A stretch of DNA of 45,464 nt from Actinomycetes bacterium (lineage in GTDB: Bacteria; Actinomycetota; UBA4738; HRBIN12). The position numbers and the translations under genes were made by a program. Shown one piece after another: positions 27,124 to 35,343 of this stretch; within the stretch, counting starts at the first letter, position 1, and the number at the start of each line of letters is the position of its first letter. The stretch lies in the NCBI GenBank assembly GCA_031364965.1, contig JANLXF010000222.1, positions 1 to 45,464 on the forward strand, in the 5' to 3' direction. Under the pieces are notes generated by a model, which saw only the letters and a list, made by a program, of their open reading frames with translations, ran no database searches and was not told where the DNA came from.

Positions 27124-28713
27124 ATGCCCAGACCAGGATTCGTGTTGGAGGTGGACGAGCGGACACCTCCTCTCCTCGTGCATGAAGGCGAGCGCTTCCG
27201 CATGCAGAAGTTCCCGCTGGGGACGCGCGTGGTCTACCCACCCGACGCGCTCCCCGGGGTGCCAGACGTGCACGCCGCGATCCGTCACGCGCTGCTGCAT
27301 CCCGTGGGGGACTCGAAGCCACTGCCCGAGTTGCTGTTCTCGGGGATGAAGCTCACGATCGCGATCGACGACATCTCGCTGCCGTTGCCGCCGATGGTGA
27401 CGCCCGACATGCGCCAGCGCGTGCTCGAGCACGTGATCGAGTTGGCGGCGCGCACGGGAGTGGAGGACCTCGAGATCATCGTCGCCACCGCGCTGCATCG
27501 GCGGATGACCGGCGCGGAGATCCGACGGGCAGTGGGCGAACGCGTCTTCCGTTCGTTCTGGCCCACGCAGCTCTACAACTTCGATGCCGAAGATCCGAAC
27601 GCGCTGCTGCACATCGGCATGACCGACCAGGACGAAGACGTCGAGATCTCCAAGCGCGCGGCGGAGTCCGACCTGATCATCTACGTGAACATCAACCTCG
27701 TCGCGATGGATGGTGGCCACAAGTCGGTGGCTGTCGGCCTGGCCGGCTACCGGTCACTGAAGCATCACCACAACGTCAAGACGATGATGCACTCCAAGTC
27801 GTACATGGACCCGCGTGAAGGGCACAGCGCGATCAACGACTCGGTGGTGCGCATGGGCCGGGTGCTGGCGGCGAGCGGCGTGAATATCTTCCAGATCGAG
27901 ACCACGTTGAACAGCGAGACGTTCCCCTCGAACCTCGGGTTCCTCAACAAGCGGGAGTGGGAGTGGAGCGCGTACGACCAGGGGTTGATGATGGCGGCCC
28001 GCAAGGGCAACGAGCTCGCTCCGCCGCGCATGCGTCGCGAGCTCTACCGGCGGATCGAGGCGCCGTACAAGCTGACCGGCATCAACGCCGGCGAGGTCGA
28101 GGCAGTGCATGAGCGCACGCTCACGAACCTGCACCGGCAACAGCTCGTCGAGGTGAACGGTCAGTCCGACATCTTGATCATGGGGTTGCCGTATCTCGGT
28201 CCCTACAACGTGAACTCGGTCCTGAACCCGATCCTCGTGCACTGCCTGGGCCTCGGGTACCTGTTCAACATGTACCGGAACAAGCCGCTCGTCCGCCAGG
28301 GCGGCGTCGTGATCTTGCACCACCCGGTGCCGTGGGAGTTCCACCAGATCCATCACCCCAGCTACATCGACTTCTTCGAAGAGGTGCTCGCCGAGACCAC
28401 CGACCCCGCCGAGATGGAGAAGAAGTTCGAGGAGAAGTACGCGACCGACCCGTGGTACATCCACCTGTACCGGACCTCGAACGCGTACCACGGCGTGCAC
28501 CCGTTCTACATGTGGTATTGGGGCGCGCACGGCCGCGATCATGCCGGCGACGTGATCTTCGTCGGCGGGGAGGCCAATTCGGTGGCCCGGCTCGGGTACC
28601 GGCGGGCCGACAGCCTCCGCGACGCGATCGAGATGGCGAAGGACACCGTGGGCTCCAGTCCCACGATGACCTACTTCCACGCGCCACCCGTGATGATCGC
28701 TGACGTCCGGTGA
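27124..28713 (+). CDS. Lactate racemase (LarA/DUF2088) superfamily protein, divergent
   Basis: ALLHPVGDSKPL, TIAIDD, IVATALHRRM, AAESDLII, GGHKS, GGVVIL; AGGAG RBS. Confidence 0.78.
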   Translation: MPRPGFVLEVDERTPPLLVHEGERFRMQKFPLGTRVVYPPDALPGVPDVHAAIRHALLHPVGDSKPLPELLFSGMKLTIAIDDISLPLPPMVTPDMRQRVLEHVIELAARTGVEDLEIIVATALHRRMTGAEIRRAVGERVFRSFWPTQLYNFDAEDPNALLHIGMTDQDEDVEISKRAAESDLIIYVNINLVAMDGGHKSVAVGLAGYRSLKHHHNVKTMMHSKSYMDPREGHSAINDSVVRMGRVLAASGVNIFQIETTLNSETFPSNLGFLNKREWEWSAYDQGLMMAARKGNELAPPRMRRELYRRIEAPYKLTGINAGEVEAVHERTLTNLHRQQLVEVNGQSDILIMGLPYLGPYNVNSVLNPILVHCLGLGYLFNMYRNKPLVRQGGVVILHHPVPWEFHQIHHPSYIDFFEEVLAETTDPAEMEKKFEEKYATDPWYIHLYRTSNAYHGVHPFYMWYWGAHGRDHAGDVIFVGGEANSVARLGYRRADSLRDAIEMAKDTVGSSPTMTYFHAPPVMIADVR

Positions 28714-28723
28714 GGAGCCGCAG

Positions 28724-29635
28724 ATGACCGGCATCCGCGACGATCTGAAGAGGATGGCGGAGGGGTTCCGTTGGGGGCGCCGGCCGATGGTGCCACGCTC
28801 CGCCGAGCCCTATGCACTCGAGCGTACGGATCGAACGTTCCCCACCGACTGGGCGCGCACGGAGGCGGGAACGGCCGCGAGGCAGGTGATCCTGAAGTCG
28901 GTGATCCTGCCGATGCTCCGCAACGAGGTGGCCCTGAAGGTCCACGGCCGCGACGTGCTGGACGGCGTGCAGGGTCCGTTGATCTTCTACTCGAACCACA
29001 CGAGCCATCTGGACGCGACGATCATCATGACGTCGCTGCCCGACCGCTGGCAGTCCAAGACGGCGGTGGGAGCGGCGCGCGACTACTTCTTCGACGTGTG
29101 GTGGCGTCAGGCGTTCACGGCACTGGTGTACGGGGGGTTCCCGATCGACCGGGCCAAGGGCGGACGCGGTTCGGTCACGAAGGCGCGCGAGCTCCTCGAC
29201 GACGGCTGGTCGCTCGTCGTGTTCCCCGAGGGGCAGCGATCGCCCGACGGGCACGTGCAACGGTTCCGGCACGGCACCGCGAGACTCTGTATCGAGGCGG
29301 GTGTCGGGGCTGCGCCGATCGGGATCCGCGGGGCCTATCAGGCGTGGCCGAAGGGATCCAACTGGCCCAAGGCGGGCCGCCCACCGGTGAACGTCCGGTT
29401 CGGCGCGCCGATCTACCCCGAGGAAGGCGAGACCCACCAGGCGTTCTCGCTGCGGATGACCCAGGCCGTAGCCGCGCTGCACGACGAGGATCGCTCGACG
29501 TGGTGGGAGGCGTTGCGTCGGGCAGAGCACGGGGAGACGCCGTCGCTGCACGGACCACAGGGACCGGACTGGCTCCGCCGCTGGGAGGGCCTCCGACCGG
29601 TACCGAGACGCCGATCGTCCTCGACCTGGGAGTAG
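28724..29635 (+). CDS. Lysophospholipid acyltransferase (PlsC family)
   Basis: NHTSHLD (HxxxxD), FPIDR, FPEGQRS. Confidence 0.92.
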   Translation: MTGIRDDLKRMAEGFRWGRRPMVPRSAEPYALERTDRTFPTDWARTEAGTAARQVILKSVILPMLRNEVALKVHGRDVLDGVQGPLIFYSNHTSHLDATIIMTSLPDRWQSKTAVGAARDYFFDVWWRQAFTALVYGGFPIDRAKGGRGSVTKARELLDDGWSLVVFPEGQRSPDGHVQRFRHGTARLCIEAGVGAAPIGIRGAYQAWPKGSNWPKAGRPPVNVRFGAPIYPEEGETHQAFSLRMTQAVAALHDEDRSTWWEALRRAEHGETPSLHGPQGPDWLRRWEGLRPVPRRRSSSTWE

Positions 29636-29637
29636 AT

Positions 29638-30258
29638 GTGCCCCGCGGCGACGGCACAGCTCGGCGCGGCACGATCGTCGAGGAGGCGATCCGCCAGATC
29701 GGCCGCGACGGCTACCGCGGCGCCAGCCTCGATCACATCGCGAACGCGGTGGGGGTGCGCAAACAAACCGTGCTGTACTACTTCCCCAACAAGGACGCGC
29801 TCCTCGAAGCCTGCCTTGCGGCCGCGGGGGAGCGGCTCATGCGAGAGATCGCCGCTGCGCTCGAGGGCAAGGAGACCTACTGGGATCGCGCGGAGGCCGT
29901 GATCCACGCGGTCTTCAGTCTTGCCTCCGAGTGGCCGGAGTTCCCGATGTTCGTGCGCGAGGCGGGGCGCCTCGGCCCCGACGCGTTCGACCGATTCGCC
30001 GGCGGGCTCGACCCTCTTCGGCGCCGCGCGATCGACTTCCTGCAGGCGGGTATGGATCAGGGCGAGATCCGGAAGCAAGATCCCGCCCTGCTCCTGTTCA
30101 CGCTCTACACGGCGGTGGTCGGGTCGCTCACCGAAGCCAGCGTCCTCAACGCGGTGGTCGGTCCGGGCAAGAGCCGACAGTCACTGCGTCGGCGCGAGCG
30201 CGAGGTGATCGCGTTCGTCCGTGCGGCGCTGCAGCCCGCCGAGCGGGTCTCCGACTAG
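29638..30258 (+). CDS. TetR/AcrR family transcriptional regulator
   Basis: HTH GYRGASLDHIANAVGVRKQTVLYYFPNKDALL; GTG 2 nt after the plsC-like stop. Confidence 0.92.
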   Translation: MPRGDGTARRGTIVEEAIRQIGRDGYRGASLDHIANAVGVRKQTVLYYFPNKDALLEACLAAAGERLMREIAAALEGKETYWDRAEAVIHAVFSLASEWPEFPMFVREAGRLGPDAFDRFAGGLDPLRRRAIDFLQAGMDQGEIRKQDPALLLFTLYTAVVGSLTEASVLNAVVGPGKSRQSLRRREREVIAFVRAALQPAERVSD

Positions 30259-30944
30259 ATCGTCGAGACGCGGAAGTCCAGGAACTTCGAGCGGCCGTCG
30301 TCTTCGTCCCGGCGGTTGCCGTTGGCCACGATGCGGATCCGCATCCCGGCCTTCTTGCCGCCGCCGAACGCGGACGCCTGCTCGGGTGTCATGCGGTACC
30401 GGATCGAGTCGATCAGGGTGGCCCCGTCGTAGATCGAGCACCGGATGATCCGCCGCGTGCGCTCGCTGACCAGCAGGTAGATCTGGCCGGCTGTGATGCT
30501 CAGGCCGGACTTGTCCTTCTCGACGTTCGGCTCGCTGCCGTGCAGCCGGTCGCCGATCACCAGGTACCCGAGCGGGTGCGCGGGCGTGAGCTCGACGCGG
30601 CAGTACAGGTGGTTCTCGACGTTCTTGTACGGGGCGACGATCCCGACGTTCGACTTGCCGGGGGACAGGCGTACGTGCATCTGCGTCCGTTGGGACTTGT
30701 GCAAGCCCTTGGTGCCGATCACCGCGTAGCCGATGTTCGTGACCGGATCGACGGTCGACGGGTTCACGCGCGCCGTGCCCTTCGTCGTCCGCCAGGTCGA
30801 GTTGATCTGCCGCCACGCCGCACGGAGGACCGGACCGTCGAAGCGGTCGCCCACGATGATGGCGGCCTGGGCCGGCGGTGCGAAGGCGGCGAGCACGCCG
30901 AACGTGAGGAGCACGGATACGAGGGAACGACGACGTCGGTTCAC
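30255..30944 (-). CDS. Secreted basic beta-rich hypothetical protein
   Basis: AGGAGG RBS, GTG start, signal peptide ending AQA; mature part rich in alternating beta-strand patterns. Confidence 0.7.
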   Translation of the reverse strand: MNRRRRSLVSVLLTFGVLAAFAPPAQAAIIVGDRFDGPVLRAAWRQINSTWRTTKGTARVNPSTVDPVTNIGYAVIGTKGLHKSQRTQMHVRLSPGKSNVGIVAPYKNVENHLYCRVELTPAHPLGYLVIGDRLHGSEPNVEKDKSGLSITAGQIYLLVSERTRRIIRCSIYDGATLIDSIRYRMTPEQASAFGGGKKAGMRIRIVANGNRRDEDDGRSKFLDFRVSTI

Positions 30945-31016
30945 GGGGGCCTCCTGAGGTCTCATGCCGTCTTTGTACACCACGGGTGGTGCCAGCGTCG
31001 ACCAGAAGGCCTCCGC

Positions 31017-31054
31017 GCCAGCAGGTCGGGCCTAGGCCAGCAGGTCGGGCCTAG
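31017..31054. repeat. Perfect 2 x 19-bp tandem repeat GCCAGCAGGTCGGGCCTAG
   Basis: Copies at 31017-31035 and 31036-31054; the second contains the rpsD stop. Confidence 0.95.
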
Positions 31055-31653
31055 GAGTAGAACTCCACGATCAGACGCTCCTCCACCTCGACGGGCAGGG
31101 GGACCTCGGCGCGCTCGGGGAGCCGGCTGAGGGTGCCCTGCAGCTCGTCCTTGTTCCGGTAGAGGTAGGTGGGCGGGTCTGCGGTGATCTGCACGGCCTC
31201 CCGCACGGCGACGAAGTTCTTCGCCTTCGCCGTGATCTCGATCGTCTGACCGGGCTTGACCCGCGCGCTCGGTACGTTCAGGCGCTTGCCGTCGACGGTC
31301 ACGTGACCGTGCGAGACCAGCTGGCGCGCCTGGCGGTTCGTGAGCGCGAAGCCCAGACGAAGCACCACGGCGTCGAGACGGGTCTCGAGCTGACGGATCA
31401 GCTCCTCGCCCGTCACGCCCTTGGAGGCGGCGGCGCGGTCGTAGTACGCACGCATCTGGCTCTCGCTCACGCCATAGATGTGGCGGAGCTTCTGCTTCTC
31501 GAGCAGGCGTGTCTGGTACTCGGAGATGCGCTTGCGCCCACGGCCGTGCTGGCCGGGCGGATAGGGGCGCTTGTTCGACGGGCAGTTCGGGCGCCCGCAG
31601 AGGGCGGCGCCGACCCGGCGGCACGTGCGGTGCTTGGGTCCGATCTTGTCCAT
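31051..31653 (-). CDS. rpsD: 30S ribosomal protein S4
   Basis: RPYPPGQHG, SEYQTRLLEKQK, LETRLD, ARQLVSHGH, LIVEFYS; start MDKIGPK. Confidence 0.96.
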   Translation of the reverse strand: MDKIGPKHRTCRRVGAALCGRPNCPSNKRPYPPGQHGRGRKRISEYQTRLLEKQKLRHIYGVSESQMRAYYDRAAASKGVTGEELIRQLETRLDAVVLRLGFALTNRQARQLVSHGHVTVDGKRLNVPSARVKPGQTIEITAKAKNFVAVREAVQITADPPTYLYRNKDELQGTLSRLPERAEVPLPVEVEERLIVEFYS

Positions 31654-31834
31654 GTGCTCGTGTCCCTGTATGGCCCTCGACTGCAGGGTGTTCCCGCTGG
31701 TCAGGGCGTCGGGCCATCGACCCCGGACCGTGAAGTGTTCACCTGAAAGGGCAGGTGACCTGCGGAAACTCGTGCCCTCGGTGCCCAACGAAGATACCAG
31801 CCGAGCCGTCGGGTAGCCCAGCTAGGCTACGCCC

Positions 31835-32749
31835 GTGAACGGGGTTCGTGACCGCGCGGTGGGAAGCATCCTGGGGCTCGCCATGGGAGACGCCCTCGGA
31901 GCCCCGTTCGAGTTCCGCCGTCGCTCCGCGATCCCGGTGCCGCTGCCGGCGTTCGAGCTGTCGTGGATGGGCCTGCCGCCCGGAACCTGTACCGACGACA
32001 CCGCGATGGCGCGGAACCTGTGGACCTCGTTGACCTCGCGGGGAGGTGACCTAGACCTCCCGGACGTGCTCGCGCGGCACCAGGCGTGGCTCGCGACCGG
32101 CCCGCCCGACGTCGGGAACCTCACGCGGCGAGTGCTTACCGGATGGCGGGACGGTGCGCCGGATCCGGCTCGCGCGTATGTGGAGGCGCGAGGCCCCGAG
32201 GTGAGCGCCGGGAACGGGTCGGTGATGTACTGCGCGCCACTCGGCGTCGTGCGGGCGTTCGCGGCCGATCGACTCGGCAGCGAGGCGCCCGCGCTGAGCG
32301 CCCTCACCCACTGGGACGAGCGCTGCCGCACGGCGTGCCTCGTCGTGACGCGTGCGGTGGCGGCGCTCGTATCGGGGGAGCCTGCCGACGACGCCATCTC
32401 CGCCGCGGTCGCGGCGGTGGCGGAGCGTGAGGGCGGAGAGGAACTGGAATACCTGGCCGCCGAGGCCGGCCTGGCCCGCCCGATCGACGGCCCCGACATG
32501 GGGTTCACGCTCTTCACCGCGGGAGTCGCGCTCCGCGTTGCGGCCGAGGCGGCGAGCGTCGAGGCCGGGCTCCGGGAGATCGTTGCCTTCGGCGGCGACA
32601 CGGACACGAACGCCGCGGTCGCCGGCGCACTGCTCGGCGCTCGGTTCGGTCGCGACCGGTTGCCGGGCGAGTGGCTCGCCAAGCTTGCCGACCGCGAGGC
32701 GATCGAGGCCGAGGCAGAGGCGCTCGCTGCGCTGGTGGCGGCACCCTGA
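31835..32749 (+). CDS. ADP-ribosylglycohydrolase family protein
   Basis: GDALGAPFE, TDDT, GNG, LTH, GGDTDTNAAVAGAL. Confidence 0.92.
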   Translation: MNGVRDRAVGSILGLAMGDALGAPFEFRRRSAIPVPLPAFELSWMGLPPGTCTDDTAMARNLWTSLTSRGGDLDLPDVLARHQAWLATGPPDVGNLTRRVLTGWRDGAPDPARAYVEARGPEVSAGNGSVMYCAPLGVVRAFAADRLGSEAPALSALTHWDERCRTACLVVTRAVAALVSGEPADDAISAAVAAVAEREGGEELEYLAAEAGLARPIDGPDMGFTLFTAGVALRVAAEAASVEAGLREIVAFGGDTDTNAAVAGALLGARFGRDRLPGEWLAKLADREAIEAEAEALAALVAAP

Positions 32750-33549
32750 TGTCGTTCGCCGTGAACGCCATCGACGGGACCCGTGTCTCCTTCGAAGACG
32801 AGGGTGGCTCAGGGATCCCGGTCGTGATCCTCGGTGGCTTCCTCGACCCGATCGGCCTCGTGCGGGACGCGCCCATCGTGCGGGCGCTTTCGGACCGGTC
32901 ACCGGAGTTCCGGCTCGTGTTCGTCGACCATCGCGGGCACGGCCGGAGCGGTGCACCGCACGATCCGGCGAGCTACGCGATGCCCGTACGCGTGGCCGAC
33001 GTCGCCGCGGCGATGGACGCCGCGGAGATCGACCGTGCCCATGTCGTGGGGATCTCGTGGGGCGGCCGACTCGGGTTCGGTATGGGGGCCGTCGTGCCCG
33101 AGCGTCTGCGATCCCTCGTCGCGATCGGTCAGCAGCCGTACGCGATCCGTCCGGACGGACCCCTGGCCACCGCGGTGGCTCGAGCGATGGCCGATGCCAA
33201 GCAGCGAGGGGTGGCCGCGCTGGTCGAGACTTTCGAGGCGGTTGCGGGTCGCTACCCCGAGGAGGTTCGGTCGATCTACCTGAGCTCGGACGTGGACGCG
33301 CTGCGCGCGGCATGGCGGTGCGTGAGGGACGAGGGTCCGATCGGCGGGGACCTCTGTGCGTGGACGACGCCGTGCCTGATCGCTGTGGCAGAGGACGACG
33401 GCGACTTCTTCGAGCAGGCGAGGATGGCCGCCTCGGAGATCCCCCGGGCTCGGTTCGTCGTGATCCCGGGCGCCGATCATCTCGGGGTCGACGTCGCGCC
33501 GGTCGACACATATCTCCCGGCGGTGCTTCGCCTCCTCCGCGAAGCGTGA
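32749..33549 (+). CDS. Alpha/beta fold hydrolase
   Basis: DHRGHGRS, nucleophile GISWGG, EDD, GADH; TGATG coupling. Confidence 0.88.
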   Translation: MSFAVNAIDGTRVSFEDEGGSGIPVVILGGFLDPIGLVRDAPIVRALSDRSPEFRLVFVDHRGHGRSGAPHDPASYAMPVRVADVAAAMDAAEIDRAHVVGISWGGRLGFGMGAVVPERLRSLVAIGQQPYAIRPDGPLATAVARAMADAKQRGVAALVETFEAVAGRYPEEVRSIYLSSDVDALRAAWRCVRDEGPIGGDLCAWTTPCLIAVAEDDGDFFEQARMAASEIPRARFVVIPGADHLGVDVAPVDTYLPAVLRLLREA

Positions 33550-33645
33550 CCTGACGCACCCACGAACGCCCCAAGCGACTGTAACGTCCGTGGGGCCCGG
33601 GCAGACCGTGCCCGGAAGACCCGAACCCGACGAGGGGAACGAACG

Positions 33646-34857
33646 ATGGAGGAGATCGAGCTCTACGGCGCCAGCTGGTGTCCCGACTGCCGAAGGGCGA
33701 AGAAGTTCCTGGCCGACCAGCGGATCGCGTACGTGTGGCACGACATCGAGCAGCGTCCCGATCTCGTGGAGATCGTCGAGCAGAAGAACGACGGCAAGCG
33801 CACGATCCCCACGATCGTGTTCCCCGACGGGTCCCACCTGGCCGAGCCCTCGAACGAGGAGCTGGCCGACAAGCTCGGCATCGCGCGGGTCGCCGACATG
33901 CATGTCTACGACCTCGTGATCGTCGGGGGCGGCCCCACCGGGCTCACGACCTCGCTCTATGCCGCTCGCGAGAATCTCGAGACGTTGGTGATCGACTCGA
34001 AGGGTCTGGGCGGTCAGGCGGGCGTTACCGAGCGGCTCGACAACTACCCGGGGTTCCCCGAGGGGATCGCGGGCGCCGAGCTCGCCGACCGCTTCGTGAA
34101 GCAGGCCGAGCGTTACCGGGTGGAGATGCTGCAGGCTGTGAGCGTCACGCACATCACCGACGAGGGCCACCGCGAGCTCGACGTCGAGACCGCCACCGGC
34201 GACCACTACCACGCGCGCGCCGTGCTGATCGCGACCGGGTCGTCGTACCGCAGAACCGGCGCTGAAGGCGAGGAAGATCTGATCGGCGCCGGCATCCACT
34301 TCTGCGCGACGTGCGACGGGCCGTTCTACAAGGGGTCGGAGGAGTTGCTGGTGATCGGCGGCGGGAACAGCGGCCTCGAGGAAGGGCTCTTCCTCACCCA
34401 GTTCACCGACAAGGTGACGGTCGTCGAGTACGGCCAGGAGCTCCGCGGTTCCAAGATCCTGCAGGACAAGGTCCAGAACCATCCGAAGATGGAGGTTCTG
34501 CTCGGGCACGGCGTGACGTCCTTCGCCGCGAAGGACGACGGTAGCGGCAAGCTGGGGACGGTCACGATCGAGGACCGTGCATCGGGAGAGCTGGTCGAGC
34601 GGCGTCCGGCCGGGGTCTTCGTGTTCGTCGGGCTCGATCCGAACACCGGGTTCCTCGAGGGACAGGTCGGCCTCGACGAGCGGAAGTTCGTGACGACCGA
34701 CGCGACGTTCATGACCGACCTCCCCGGGGTGTTCGCCGCCGGTGACGTGCGGAACGGCTCCACGAAACAGCTCGCCTCGGCGGTGGGCGAGGGCGCCGCC
34801 GTCGCGATCCAGATCCGCGGGTACCTCGACCGCATCGAGCGGGAGGAGGCGGTCTAG
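33646..34857 (+). CDS. Glutaredoxin/mycoredoxin-like domain fused to thioredoxin reductase
   Basis: N-terminal WCPDC...TIPTI; then GGGPTG, CATCDG, GGGNSG, FAAGD. Confidence 0.9.
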   Translation: MEEIELYGASWCPDCRRAKKFLADQRIAYVWHDIEQRPDLVEIVEQKNDGKRTIPTIVFPDGSHLAEPSNEELADKLGIARVADMHVYDLVIVGGGPTGLTTSLYAARENLETLVIDSKGLGGQAGVTERLDNYPGFPEGIAGAELADRFVKQAERYRVEMLQAVSVTHITDEGHRELDVETATGDHYHARAVLIATGSSYRRTGAEGEEDLIGAGIHFCATCDGPFYKGSEELLVIGGGNSGLEEGLFLTQFTDKVTVVEYGQELRGSKILQDKVQNHPKMEVLLGHGVTSFAAKDDGSGKLGTVTIEDRASGELVERRPAGVFVFVGLDPNTGFLEGQVGLDERKFVTTDATFMTDLPGVFAAGDVRNGSTKQLASAVGEGAAVAIQIRGYLDRIEREEAV

Positions 34858-35082
34858 ATGGCGACGCCCGACGAGATCTTCCAGCTGATCATCAAGGCGG
34901 ACGAGAAGCTGAAGTACGCCACCGCCGGCAAGGGAGATGTGCGCGCACAGCAGGCGGGCGACCTGCTCGCCGAGGCGATGCGCGAGGCCAACGCGATCGG
35001 GAACGAGGGCCTCGCCCAGCAGGCGAAGGTTCGGCTCGCCGACCTCGAGACCTTGCTGACCGGCGGCGACCCGGCTATCTGA
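34858..35082 (+). CDS. Small helical hypothetical protein
   Basis: Starts immediately after the reductase stop; natural-looking composition. Confidence 0.65.
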   Translation: MATPDEIFQLIIKADEKLKYATAGKGDVRAQQAGDLLAEAMREANAIGNEGLAQQAKVRLADLETLLTGGDPAI

Positions 35083-35088
35083 GCCGGG

Positions 35089-35343
35089 CTAGGCCCCGGC
35101 CTCGCTGCGCCAGGCCCGGAAGACGCCCCGGATCGGCTCGAGCGCGTCCTGGGCGACCTGTTCCTCGGTGAGCGTGCCCGTCACTCGGATCGCCTCGCGG
35201 AGCTGGTCGAGCGCCGCCGTGCACCCATCGCACCGGGCCAGGTGCGCGTCGAGGCGCGCGCGGTCGGGGGGCGGGATCGCGCCGTCCAGATAGTCGGTCA
35301 AGAGCTCGACCACTTCGCGGCACGTGATGTCGTCGGTGGTCAT
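35089..35343 (-). CDS. Small soluble zf-HC2 anti-sigma factor
   Basis: CREVVELLTDYLD...HLARCDGC; ATGA coupling with the sigma gene. Confidence 0.88.
   Translation of the reverse strand: MTTDDITCREVVELLTDYLDGAIPPPDRARLDAHLARCDGCTAALDQLREAIRVTGTLTEEQVAQDALEPIRGVFRAWRSEAGA

Noticed and set aside
31835-33549. ADP-ribosylglycohydrolase as antitoxin or part of a defence system
   Set aside because: No ADP-ribosyltransferase, toxin or other defence gene is adjacent; its partner is an ordinary alpha/beta hydrolase
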